Shown piece by piece: positions 25,292-37,806 of a stretch of DNA of 64,000 nt. The stretch's first letter is position 1; the number at the start of each line of letters is the position of its first letter. Origin of the DNA: Sphyrna mokarran (lineage: Eukaryota). A program made the position numbers and the translations under genes. The stretch covers positions 75,268,001-75,332,000 of the forward strand of contig JAGIQG010000004.1 in assembly GCA_024679065.1 (NCBI GenBank), in the 5' to 3' direction. Below the pieces are notes generated by a model that did no database searches, had not been told where the DNA came from, and worked only from the letters and a program-made list of their open reading frames with translations.

Positions 25292-26402
25292 CTACAGAAA
25301 ATGCAGATGTGTGGAATAGAGGGTGATTTAGCTAATTGGATTAGGAATTGGCTGGCAGATAGAAGACAGAGGGTGGTGGTTGATGGGAGATATTCATCGT
25401 GGAGTTCGGTGACAAGTGGTGTGCCTCAGGGGTCTGTTTTGGGGCCCCTGCTGTTTGTAATTTTTATAAATGATCTGGATGAGGGTATTGAGGGATGGAT
25501 CAGTAAATTTGCAGATGACACTAAAGTCGGTGGAGTGGTAGATAGTGAAGAGGGGTGTTTTAGTTTACAGAGTGACTTGGACAAGTTGCAGAGCTGGGCC
25601 GAGAGGTGGCAAATGGAGTTTAATGTGGAAAAGTGTGAGGTAATGCACTTTGGCAGGAACAATAAATGTGTAGAGTATAGGGCTAATGGTAGGGCTCTTA
25701 ATAGTGTTGAGGAACAGAAGGATCTTGGTGTATGTGTCAATAGATCCCTGAAAGTAGGCAGTCAAGTGGATAAAGTTGTTAAGAAGGCATATGGAGTCTT
25801 AGCTTTTATTGGTAGGGGGATTGAATTTAGGAGCCGCAGCATCATGTTGCAACTGTACAAAACTCTAGTGCGGCCGCACTTGGAGTATTGTGTGCAGTTC
25901 TGGTCGCCACATTATAAGAAAGATGTGGAGGCATTGGAGAGGGTACAGAGGAGGTTTACCAGGATGTTGCCTGGTATGGAGGGCAGGTCCTATGAAGAGA
26001 GGTTGAAGGATTTGAGGTTGTTTTCGTTAGAAAGGAGGCGGCTAAGAGGGGATCTTATTGAAGCATATAAGATGATTAGAGGTTTAGATAGGGTGGACAG
26101 TGATAGCCTTTTTCCTAGGATGGAGAAAGCTAGCACGAGGGGACACAGCTTTAAATTAAGGGGTATGAGTTATAGGACGGATATCAGAGGTAGGTTCTTT
26201 ACTCAAAGAGTGATTAGGGAGTGGAATGCCCTGCCTGCAGCTGTTGTAGATGCGCCAAGTTTGGTGGCGTTTAAGAGGTTAATTGATAAGTATATGGAAG
26301 AGAAGGGAATGGTTTAGTTTGGAGGGGCATTGCTTTTTATTTTGGTCGGCACAACATCGAAGGCCGAAGGGCCTGTTCTGTGCTGTATTGTTCTATGTTC
26401 TA
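25292..26402 (+). mobile_element. Young 5'-truncated CR1-clade LINE with an uninterrupted RT C-terminal ORF (25301-26317)
   Basis: 338 codons without a stop, containing SGVPQGSVLGPLLF, FADD, LYKTLVRPHLEY, RGDLIE, TRGH and WNALP. 3' UTR ends in ttctatgttcta. Lacks the endonuclease and RT N-terminus, so it is non-autonomous. Confidence 0.97.
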
Positions 26403-27684
26403 AAAACAAAGCAACAAATAATTGATTGGAAGAACTGGGAACCTTGCAAGCTGTGATGCTAGTAATACCAGTTTAGCAGCCACATATTCTCGAGACTATT
26501 TTCTGAGTTTGGGTTTGTTAGTTGAGACGCCTATATTCAAATAGCAACTGGACACTCATTATAAATGCTCAGGCCTGAAGTGCAACGAGCAGATTAAATA
26601 TAAATAATCCTGTGGAACTGTACCAGAATGAAAGCTTGTGGAAAGGAATCAGACCAAATATCTGTGGACGAATGTGGCAGGGAATCCAAACTAGATTGTT
26701 AACCCTGGTTGATTGTATCCTCAAAGATTTCATTTCATTGCCTCCTGCCTCGTATTAGCCTAGTGCCCACACTGTGATCATGAAGTTCATCCTTCGTGTG
26801 CAGTGCCATACCATGCCAGTTTGAAAGGAAAAAATTTGTTTGATGTGTAGATTGAACTTGATTGTTACTTGCACAACCATTTCTCCAATCTGATAATTTT
26901 CTGTTAATAAATGAAGGTTTGTGAAGAAAGTGGAAAACAAAAAAAATTACAGTTTTGTTTAATAGACCTATTATATTTTTTCCACTGGGTTTTCACTTGC
27001 AATAATGTCCTAAAGATGAATCTTTAAGTCTTGCAGACTCCAGGACAAACCTGGAGTGTTAGCAACCCTACTTGCAACCTGTACTTGAGTGACTCTGTTC
27101 ATTGTTTTCAAGCAGATGCAATAGATAATCAGCAAAAGGCTTTATTTCTCATCATGATCCACAATGACAAATCTGGGATAACTTGGAATAGTTATCTGCT
27201 TATTGGTTTGATTCTCTTTTATTTTTCTGTGCATCTTTTCCTCCTCCTCTAAGAACTGCTAAGTCCTGCATCAGGTTCAAATATAACTCGTTTCTTGATT
27301 CATTTCCCCATCTCTCACTCTGCTATGGTCCTATTTTAAAATGTTTTCTATTTATATTCTGAGAGTAAACAAGTCATATTTGAGTGACCACAAGTGTTAG
27401 CCTTTATTTGAAGAGGTCTTGTTTTGGATTTAAAAGATGACTTTCTTCCCCCACACTTTGATTTCCTTCCAGCCCAACTGTTTCCAAAATGCTTTAAATA
27501 GTGTAGTGTAATGTAAGACCAGAAGGTCCAACATTTGATTCTTGGACTGTACTTAATCAACGGACCATGGCATGCTAGTAATTGGAATGCTGAAAAAGAT
27601 CTCTGCTTCTTTAAGTCAGTAAAGAATGAAATGAACAAAGATTGCTACTCACGATCCAAAGGCATGTGTAGGTGTTTGGTCTGT

Positions 27685-28080
27685 CAGGAGTTTAGGTGCA
27701 GGAGTAAGCCATTTAATCCTAGTTTTGGTCTACAGTAAGATCTTGCCTGATCTGTAACTTATTGCATGTATCTGACTTTGCTCCATGTCTCTAGATTAAG
27801 AAAGATTTATCAGCATCAGATCAAAATTAATAATTCACTTAGCATCAAACATCATTTGCAGAGAAGAGTTCTAAAATTCTACCATCTTTTATGTACAGAA
27901 GATTTCTTAATTTGACTTTTGAAAGGCCTGGTTCTAATTTTTAGAATTTTTATCTGGTGTTAGATGAACCAACAGATAGAAATATCTAACATTTCAGCTC
28001 CTACCTTGATATTTTGAAAACATTGATCAAAGCATCTCTCAAATTCCAAGGAATACAGTAAAAGTGGATGTAATCTCTGT
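27685..28080 (-). mobile_element. Degraded CR1 3' fragment
   Basis: ggtgcaggagtaagccatttaatcc tail followed by decayed ORF2 C-terminal sequence. Confidence 0.55.
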
Positions 28081-28249
28081 GTTGCTCAATATAGGATAGG
28101 TCAGGGGAGAAGCCTTGTAAGATCGTGTCACACTCAATGGGCTAAATGGCCTCCTCCTGCACTGTAGGGATTTTAATACACATGGCAAAACTGACACAGG
28201 TAAGTTGAGTATGCTTTAATTTACTTGTATGTTTTTTCTCACATTTAAA

Positions 28250-30150
28250 ACATGGAAAGGTTTGTGGTCAGAAAGAGCAATGCAAACCTAAGACCAATAA
28301 TGAAAAGACCGGCACTTCAGTGAGGAAGTAAATTTTACATAAATGGAAGTTGGAACTGAGACCATTAAAAAGGAATGCTACTACAAAATGCTACGTGCTA
28401 CTACGAAAGCAAGGTTGTCAATTTGAAAAATAATTTCCAAAGTGCACGCAAATGCACGCAATGAGTTTGATAGGAAGTTTGCTTTTGAGGACCAAAATCA
28501 AATTCACAAAATTGCCAATAAGAATTTGAAACAGTTATTTTATCTGAGCTGGCTCCAAAACAATGTGGATTCTGGCTTGGTGAAAACAAACTCCTTTTAA
28601 ATGGAAATAAACCACTGACTTCTTCAATTATGGAAAGATGGCTCAAAAATAATGATCCAGAAACGCCACAACATGTGAGAAGTTTTAAATGTGCAGCTAA
28701 GTAAACAAACAATTGTTCATTATTTGCGAGATTTGATGCAAGATGCTGTAGCTACATGCTCAATAAAGAACTGTGTGCCATACTTGGTGGCATTGGGGAT
28801 TCATGCGCTATCATTGATGTCATGCAGTTTGTATTCTGGTTTCATTTTATGTCCAAAGATTCTCATTCATGAAGAAATTCTGAGTCTAAAGACTGCACTC
28901 ATGACTTTGGATTCTCGGTGCTTTCAAAAGTATTGTGGTAAAGTTCAAACCAAATTCAAAGAAGTTAGATTGGCTTGCAATGTACAGCACAACTCTGATG
29001 AATTGCACAAAAGTCTGTATCTTGGCTGCAAATGATCCTCATGGAGACAGTTTGGCCTTGTCTCACTGCATTTTGTAAACCTCTGTTCAAATGATAGTGG
29101 ACGACATGCTAAAAAATTGAACACAGTGGCCAAAATGGTCAGGTTTTTCGCAGCAGTGCTCAGAACCAACAGCACTTTGTGGAGTTGTTGGAAGAAGTGA
29201 AGTCAGTTTTCACCAAAATAATCTACTTTGCAAGTGTACAGTGGCTGAGCCATGGTAAGGTCTTACAATGATTTAATGTCTTAGGTCGTTCCAATCCAAA
29301 ACTTTCATGCTGATGAAGGAAAGTTCCCAACATGCTCTGATTGCAGGTGAAGCATAGCTACCCATTTGACTGAACTGAAACTTTAGGGGAAAGGACAGGC
29401 AGATTTGCAACTTGGCTCAGTGTATGTGATAATTTCTCTGAAAATTGAAACATTTTGCTATGCATGTGAAGAGTGAATATTTCACGCATTCTCCAAATCT
29501 GCAGCAGTATGTGGAAGATGCTGATTTTTGACTTGGAGAATCAACTTAGCAAATTTGGCAAGCTCTTCTAGAATCATAGTATTCCTGCCGAGCTGAAGGA
29601 AGCCATTTGAGCCTGCACCAACAACAATCCCAGCCTACCCCCATAACCTCACGAATTTACCCTACTAACTCCCTTGTACTAAGGGCCATTCCACCTAATT
29701 GCATGTCTTTGGAGAAGGGAATGAAATTGAGGAAACCTACACAGACACAGGGAAAACGTGCAAACGCCACACAGTCACCCAAGGCCAGAATTGAACCTGG
29801 ATCCCTGGCACTGTGATGCAGCACTACTAACCACTATGCCACTCTTGACTTTCAGGTCATTTTTGTTTTCATATCTATAGTTCTCAACTATCGCAAGAGC
29901 GCATCGTTGTGCACTTCCCCTGGACAGCTGCAGTTTTGAATCAGTCATCAGCTGAAAGATGAAAATAACTTGATGCTGTGATGTCAGGTTTTGAAGGAAA
30001 ATAGCATTGCAAAGTTATTTTCACTGTCTCTCGCTCAGTCATTGAGCTGATGTCAGCATTGGAGTATTTAGAGAAGGGACATCTGTTGCAAATATTCATT
30101 CAGTATAATCTCAATGTGCACAAATTCCTGCAAGTTTCTCTCTAAACACA
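28250..30150 (+). mobile_element. Fossil hAT transposase of the Buster/SPIN/Charlie (GTF2IRD2-like) type, interrupted by a SINE
   Basis: Colinear remnants across frameshifts: VQLSKQTIVHYL (LSrrTv.rrI), IHEEILSL, VAKMVRFF, VQWLSHGKVLQ*F (VRWLSRGkvL.RF), THLTEL..GKGQ and FTHSPNL (F.HFP.L). I could not identify TIRs. Confidence 0.78.
29569..29842 (-). mobile_element. HE1-type (V-SINE) tRNA-derived SINE
   Basis: Reverse complement begins gtggcatagtggttagtagtgc...ccaggttcaattc (A and B boxes), then tttgcacgttttccctgtgtctgtgtaggtttcctc. Has a LINE-derived tail ending gattcta. Confidence 0.88.
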
Positions 30151-30259
30151 ACCTATTCTGTCATTTCTTTCTCTAGAATACTTGCATCTACTTTATAGTT
30201 TGTTTTTTCTTTCTTTAACACTAACTTGCACCAAGGTACTGGAAAAAAAACATAGGGAT

Positions 30260-33200
30260 AAGGCAAGATAGGAAGCTACTAATACGGGAAATGAGAGACC
30301 ATGGCGGGAAGGGACAGAGTACAAATGAGTAAATCAGCAGTTACGGTTAGATGCTACAAAACAGTAAAAGGACAAAACTAAAGGCTGTGTACCTACATGC
30401 ATTTGAAGCAAAACCAATGGATTGAGCACAAACATCAGTAAGTACTACCTGATAGCTGTTATAGAGGCATGCCTACAGGAAAACATAGATTGAGGACTGA
30501 ACATTGAAGGTCAGAAAATTAAAAGATGGAAGTGTGTCTCTGTTAATTAACAATGGTATTAGCACATTAGAGAAAAATGACCCAGATACTAGAAACCAGA
30601 ATGTAGAAGTAGTTTGAGTTGAGAAATGATTCTGAAGGCAAGAAGTCAGTTGTGGGAACTAGTGTACAAGTAGAACAGAGCATAGAAGAAGATATCATGG
30701 GAGCTTGTCACAGAGATATGGTGATGATTATGGGCAATTTGAATCTACATATACATTGGAAAAATCAGATGCAAAAGATAGTCTAGATGAGTTCATAGAC
30801 TGTTTTGGGATAGTTTCTTAGAACAGTACGTTTTGGAGCTAACCAGAGGGCAGACTGTACTGGACCTGATATTGTCTGGTGAGATAGGATTAACTGATAA
30901 TTTCCTAGTGAAGGCACCCTACAGTCACAGAGTCACACACCCCTTGGACCCAATTTATCCATGACACCTAGTTTTTAACCACTAAGCTAGTCCCGATTGC
31001 ACGCATTTGGCCCATATTCCTCCATATCCATCTTACCTATGCACCTGTCTAAATGCTGTTTAAAAGACAAAATTGTACCTGCCTTTACTACTCTCTCTGG
31101 AAGCTCATTCCAGATCCTCTGCGTGAAATAATTGCCTCTTTGGACTTTTTTTGTATCTTTTCCCTCTCGCCTTAAACCTATGCCCTCTAGTTTTTTTCCC
31201 CCTGCCTTTGGAAAAAGGTGTTGACCACCTACCTTATCTATGCACCTCTATTTTATAGACCTCTATAAGATCATCCCTAAACCTCCTAGGCTACAGGGAA
31301 AAAAGTTCCAGTCTATCCAGCCTCTCCTTTATAACACAAACCTGTTAGCATTTTAGTAAATCTTTTCTGCATTCTTTTCTAGTTAAATAATATCTTTCCT
31401 ATGATAGTGTGACCAGAGCTGCACACAGTGTTCCAAGTGTGGCCTTACCAATGTCTGATACATTTTCAGCAAGACATCCCAATCCTTGTATTCACTGTTC
31501 TGACCAAAGAAACCAAGTATATTGAATACCACCTTTACCAGCCTATCCACTTGTGACTCCACTTTCAAGGAGCTATGAATTTGTAATCCTAGATCTCTTT
31601 GTTCTATAACTCTCTGCAGTGCCCTACCATGATTTGAGTAGATCCTGTCCTGATCTGATCTACCAAAATGCATTACCTTACATTTATCTAAATTAAACTC
31701 CATCTGCCATTCATTAGCCCACTGGCCCAAGTGATCAAGATCTCATTGATCACTGTCCACTATGCCACCAATATTGGTTCATCTGCAAACTTATTAAGCA
31801 TGCCTCCTAAATTATCATGTAAATCATTAATATAATTAACAAATAACAGTGGACCCAGCACTGATCCCTGAGGCACATTGCTAGTCAAGGGCCTCCAGTT
31901 TGAAAAACTAACCTATACAACCACCTCTGTTTCTGTCGTAAAGACAATTTTGTATCTGGTTGGCTACTTCACTCTGGATCTTATGAGATTTAACCTTGGA
32001 CAACAATCTACTCTGCGATACCTTATCAGAGACCTTGCTAAAGTCCATGTAAACAACATTGACTTCACTGTCCTCATCTACCTTCTTGGGTACCCCTTCA
32101 AAAATCTCAGTCAAATTTGTGAGACATGATTTTCCATGCTCAAAGCCATGCTGACTGTATCAAATCAGTCATTGCTTCTCTACATGCCTGCAGATTCTGT
32201 CTCTCAGAATACCTTCTCAGAACATACCCACTACAGACATTAGGCTCATCTGTTTGTTGTTCCCAGGCTATTCTCTGCGGCCCTCCTCAAACAAAGGCAC
32301 AACATTTGGCACCCTCCAGTCTTCAGGCACCTCACTTGTAACTGTCAGTCATTCAAAGCTCTTTGCTAGAGGACCCACAATTTTCTCCCTAGCCTGTTAC
32401 AACGGCTTGAGATACACTTCATCAGGTCCTGGGAATTTATTTATCTTGATGTAGAACCAACATAATGCGATTGAATTTTACATCATTTGAGGGTGAGAAG
32501 CATGCATCTAAGACTAGTATTTAAAACTTAAATGAGGGAATAAAAGTGGAGTTAGGTGGAATGAACAGGATAATGTGCTAAGGGAAAGATCAGTAGAGGT
32601 TCAGTGGCAGATACTTAAAAGAATATTTCAGAATACACAGCATAGGTGCATTCTAATTAGAAAAATGTCCATGGGGAGGGCCCATCATCATTAACTTAAA
32701 TATTGTATTAAACTTAGATAAAGCATATAGTTACACAAAGACGACTGGCAAGTCAGAAGATTAGGAAAATATAAAGAACATCAAAGAACGACAAAGATTG
32801 AGAGGAAAATAGATTGAGAAAGAAGCTAATAATCTAAACGGATAGTAAGAGTTTCTATAAATATTCAAATAAGAAAAGAGTCAAAGTGAACCTTGGTCCT
32901 ATAGAAAGTGTGTCTGGGGAATTGATAATAGAATGAATGTAGGGCTATGGCAGATGAATTCAACAGGTATTTCACTATAAAGTTACAAGTGATATCCCAG
33001 AAATAGTTGTTGATCAGGACGTTGAAGGAAGAGAGGTAGTTAAGAAAATTATAATCATCAGGGCAGTGGCATTAAGTGGATTATTAGATCTTGGCTGACA
33101 GATGCTTGTACTTAACCTATAAGCCTTGAAAGAACTGGCTAATGAGGTAATTAATACATTGGTTGTAATTTTCCAAAATTCTTTAGATTCAGGGGAAGTT

Positions 33201-34485
33201 CTATTAGATTGAAAGATAGCAAATTTAGCCCTCTTTTACAAAAAAGAGAGGAAGGCAGGAAGCTGCAGGCCAGTTAGCCTAACATCTGTCATAGAGAAAA
33301 TGTTAGTAACTTATTTAAAATCTTAGGGCACTTGGAAGAATTCAAAGCAATCAGGCAGTTCCAACATGATTTTGTGAAAGGGCAGTTTTGTGCTGTGGAT
33401 ATAGGGGAACTGGTGGGTATACAGTACTTTGCAAAAGGACTTTTATAAGGTGCCACATCAAAGATTATTGTGAAAAATAAAAGCTCATGGAGTGGAGTGA
33501 ATTGAAGATTGACTAGCCAATAGGAAGCAGAGTTGACATAAATGGATGATCTTATGGTTGGCAGGATGTGATGATTGATGTGCCACAGGAATCAGAGTTG
33601 GAGTCTTGACTGAATGAAGGAATGGTTGCTAAGTTTGCTTCACCACAAAGATAGAGAAGTAAAATATGACAGGGATGTAAGGAGGCCACAGAGAGACATG
33701 CATGTTAAGTGAGCGGGTAGAAATCTGGCAAATAGAGTGTAATGTGGGCAAGTATAAAATTGTCAGTTTTGGCGGGAAGAATTTTTTAAAAATGATCTAA
33801 ATGGTGAGTGATTGCACAGCTGAAGTGCAGAAGGATCTGGGTGTCCTAGTGCATGAATCAAAAAAGGCTAGAGTACAACAAGCAATTAGGAAAGCTAATA
33901 ATGTTATAATTTATTGTGAGGGAAATTGATTATAAAACTTGGAAGGTTATGCTTTCGTTGTAAAAGGCATTGATGAAACCACATATGGATTATTGTGTTG
34001 GCCTCCTTATTTATGGAAAGATGTAAATGTATTTGAAGCTGTTCAGAGAAAGTTTGGTATATTAATTATCAGGGATAGGTATGTTGTCTTATGAGGAAGG
34101 GTGGAAAAGTTAGATTTGTATCTCTTGGAGTTTAGACGTATCGACCACTTGGTCGATCCTGCAGAATCTTGACAAAGATGTGTAGAAGATTTATCCTCTT
34201 GTTGCAGAATCTAAAACTAGGGTTCTGTGTTTAACAATATGGCGTCATTTATTTAAGACGGAGATGAGAAATTTTTGAGGCTCGAGAGTCTCTGGAACTC
34301 TTTCTCAAAAAGCAGTGGAAACATCCTTTGTATATTTTTAAGGCAGTGCTAGATAGATCCTTGTTTAACGAAGGACATCAGGGGTTAGCAGGAAGGTGGA
34401 TTGAAATTACAATCAAATGAAATCTTACTGAATGGCGAAGCAAGCTCAAGGGACTGAGTAATCTGCTTCGTCCCTAAGCCATATT
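30260..34485 (+). mobile_element. Old, nearly full-length CR1 ORF2 (endonuclease plus RT), degraded and split by a nested CR1
   Basis: Endonuclease remnants KAVYLHA, YLIAVIEA, VMIMGNLNLHIHW and LTRGQTVLDLIL lie before 30921. The element resumes near 32453 (HNAIEF). RT remnants follow (RPVSLTSV, KVPHQRL, VPQES) and a 3' tail near 34440-34485. Confidence 0.85.
30922..32452 (-). mobile_element. 5'-truncated CR1 nested inside the older CR1
   Basis: Minus-strand ORFs VVYMDFSKVSDKVS and WANEWQMEFNLDKCKVMHFG...LVRPHLEHC. Tail at about 30922-31060. Same family as 49699-51866. Confidence 0.9.
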
Positions 34486-35182
34486 GTTGTCAATCACAAG
34501 TACAGGAGGCAAAATGCAGCACCTACTTCTACACACCCCACCCCCCTGGCACTCACCACACATTGTTTACACTTCACTCTATTTATATCTCTTATGTCAG
34601 CAGATGCTGTTTAGTTTTACACAAGTATTCTCTCTCAATTTCTTGCTTGAGAAATTAGCACCCATTCAAGCAATCTTGGCTGATTAACATTTTACTGCCA
34701 TTAGTTTTGGCACCATTGACTGCATGAACAATAGTGAAGAATTGAGCACATGCTAATTCCATGTACCATTCAATGCTGGAAAGTTAGGACTGAGCTCAGC
34801 TGAAAGACCCCCAGGTAGGAATATCACAAGTACTTATTGTTCAGATTCAAATGTGAACAATTTCCATTTGGGAATGATACCAAATGGCCCCTGCCCTATA
34901 TAGAATTAGAGTTGGTGCAGTGAGGATGAGAATGGACAAAACAATCATTTTTTTTTCTCCATTCAATTTATAGAAATAGTTATTTGCTAAAACTACATTC
35001 CAGATACCTTACAGCGTTAAGGTTGAAACAGTTGAGTTTTTGTTTTTAGTTACTTTGGTGTCTAATGACTGAATGTTACTCAGAGCACTTAAATATTGCT
35101 CAGGAAAATCGGAATTAAAATTTTATGAAAGTCACTTCTTTTTCTGCACATGTTCAGTTTTGTTCTCCTCTACTGTTTATAG

Positions 35183-35300
35183 GTAGCACTATGGGAAAAA
35201 GGAAACGTGAAGAGGAAGTTGCTGTTTTGGAGCAGAGAGAAAACCGAATGAATCCGTTAAGATGTCCTGTGAAATTTTATGAGTTCTACCTCTCAAAATG
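35183..35300 (+). CDS. ZMYM3: ZMYM3 penultimate coding exon, DUF3504 domain with basic KRKR patch
   Basis: gtttatag| and tg|gtgaga. Encodes (S)STMGKRKREEEVAVLEQRENRMNPLRCPVKFYEFYLSK(C). 118 nt, phase 1 to 2. Not in the ORF track. Confidence 0.96.
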
Positions 35301-36982
35301 GTGAGACCAGCTGTTCTTTCCTGCTGGCATATTAAACTTGCATTTTAGGGATAGATTTTTGTGATCTAGGTGAAGAATATCAATGCTGGACACTCTCTAT
35401 TTCCAGCATTCAATATTAGTATCACTCCAGATATAACTTATTTGCATGCTGCACAAAAAGATTTGTCTATTTTCATGGGAAAGCAAAGCTTATTCTTGTA
35501 ATCTGTTCAATGGTATTTGTTCAAAATATTTAAATCTTAAAACAAGGTTTTGGGAAAAAAAACTACTCTTGATCATGTAGTATGGTAGTATGAAAAGTCC
35601 ACTAAAATGCATTGTGTTATCATCAAAGTATGTTTAAAATATTGGCCTAATTTTAGAGAGATCATGGTCTAGAGTTAGATGGGGATTAGAAGATCTGAGC
35701 CTGGATCGGTGGAAGTTGGAGCCCAGAGGGGAGATTGGAAGATTGCTTGTTGAGGCACTTAGTTCTTAGATTCTGCAATCCTCCTCTCCCTTTCTAACTG
35801 GATTTCCTGAGGCCTGTAATACCTGGCGAGGGTTAAGATTTCATTCATGGTTAGATGAGGTGTATATAAACATACACCTTATTGTATGTTTAAATTGCCC
35901 AATTATCCTGGGAGCAAATTGGTTGCTGTTGTCCTTCAGTTTGTGGGATATCTTGCAAAAAGCTTATTTTTAAATTTCCATATAAACCATTTGAAAGTAT
36001 ATTCATTAGATTCCAAGCATATTATGTAAAACAAAGCTTTAGATATCTTACATTTCACTACATTCCCCTCAAGGAGGGCAAGCAGCTTTGCATACACAGG
36101 ACTGGTATGAAAAGGCTGCAAAACCTACTCTTTCACCATAATGATTGGTCATTAGAGTAGAAATACTCGTGTTTATTTTAAAAATTATTTTATTCAATAT
36201 TAAAGGTAAAATTATATTTGTCATTGAAAAACATTTTCATCATCTTTTGATTTATATAAAGCCATAAGCTGCATAGGGATGACATGACAGAAATAAGACA
36301 CCTCTCTATGGTCTTTCCCTTTTTTGGTCCCTCTGTCATCAGAGATTAAAATGAACTATTTGCATGAAGATGATTCCCCTTTAAAGGAGCAGTGCTCACC
36401 ATACCTACTGAAAGAGCTGATTTATGTTGATGTTGTTCCATTGTATCAGAACAGATTGCCAATCTTGGTTGAATATGAGTGTCTGCAGCCTAACCAGAGG
36501 GAAATCTCCAATCTGGGTGTCAGAATAGTTTTGGCCAGTCAGCTGCTGATGGGGTGGGACTGCTAACTAATAAGTATGTCTTGCAGAAAGTAGCAAAGTT
36601 TATTTACACAGTAAACAAAGTCATTTCAAAATCTATTAAAAAGATATTGTGCACAACAAAATTGGTAACTGAAACTACTACAGCTTCTCCCAAAAAAGCA
36701 GAGTGATTTCTCAAGTAAGACACAGTAAATGAAGGATGTACAAGTTGGTGTAAAATCAATCCTATTCATGTACATTGTTATCTTCAGGAAATTACTTAAC
36801 CCCATTATGGCCAGGAATAAGAATGTCACTATGTTCAGTCATAGGCTTGCGTACAAAACATTCCCATCAGTGATCTGTAGAGACTAATTGCAGTGACTTA
36901 ATTCAGCAGAGGTGTCCTTACTGGAGATTAAACTATCCAGCTGTGATGCTTTTGTCTGACTTTGTACCTACAATTAAGGAAT

Positions 36983-37604
36983 CATAGAACATAGAACATT
37001 ACAGAGCAGAACAGGCCCTTCGGCCTTCGATGTTGCGCCAACCATTATAAAAAGTAATGACCCTCCAAACTAAACCATTCCCTTCTCTTCCATAAACTTA
37101 TCAACTAACCTCTTAAACGCCACCAAACTTGGCGCATCTACAACTGCCGCAGGCAGGGCATTCCACTCCCTAACCACCCTCTGGGTAAAGAACCTACCTC
37201 TGATATCCGTCCTATAACTATCACCCCTTAATTTAAAGCTGTGTCCCCTCGTGCTAGCTTTCTCCATCCTAGGAAAAAGGCTATCACTGTCCACCCTATC
37301 TAAACCTCTAATCATCTTATATGTTTCGATAAGGTCCCCTCTTAGCCGCCTCCTTTCTAACGAAAACAACCTCAAATCCCTCAGCCTCTCTTCATAAGAC
37401 CTGCCCTCCATACCAGGCAACATCCTGGTAAACCTCCTCTGTACCCTCTCCAATGCCTCCACATCTTTCTTATAATGTGGGAACAATGTAATGGGGACCA
37501 GAACTGCACACAATACTCCAAGTGCGGCCGCACTAGAGTTTTGTACAGTTGCAACATGACGTTGCGGTTCTGAAATTCAATCCCCCTACCAATAAAAGCT
37601 AAGA
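36983..37604 (-). mobile_element. Young 5'-truncated CR1, near-identical to the 3' ~600 nt of the copy at 25292-26402
   Basis: ORF 37070-37513 matches the C-terminus of the 338-aa ORF with few substitutions. Tail reads catagaacatagaac on +. A 14-nt internal insertion near 37480-37495 shifts the frame. GAATC occurs at both ends (36979, 37603), a possible target-site duplication. Confidence 0.96.
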
Positions 37605-37806
37605 ATCGACTGTAAACATCATGAGAAATAAGGGGTGAAGAGCCAAAGGCAAGATGCTGTTCAGCTGTCTGAAGATTTGATCAGAAAAAAAAATTCTCAG
37701 CATAATATTTTATAGCAGAATGAAACAGCACAAGAAGGGAAGATTAAAACAGCATTTTGTGAATGAATTTCTTCCAAATTAATTACTTATGTTTGTTTTG
37801 CTGCAG

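Noticed and set aside
24965-26317. ZMYM3-reverse transcriptase fusion by intron read-through
   Set aside because: The exon frame stops at TAA 25264-25266, before the CR1 ORF begins at 25301. A strong GTAAGT donor is present at 25226.
25301-26317. 338-aa RT ORF as a host gene or a novel RT system (retron, DGR)
   Set aside because: It has standard CR1 ORF2 motifs, a 5' truncation, a LINE tail and a second copy nearby. It is an ordinary retrotransposon fragment in a vertebrate intron.
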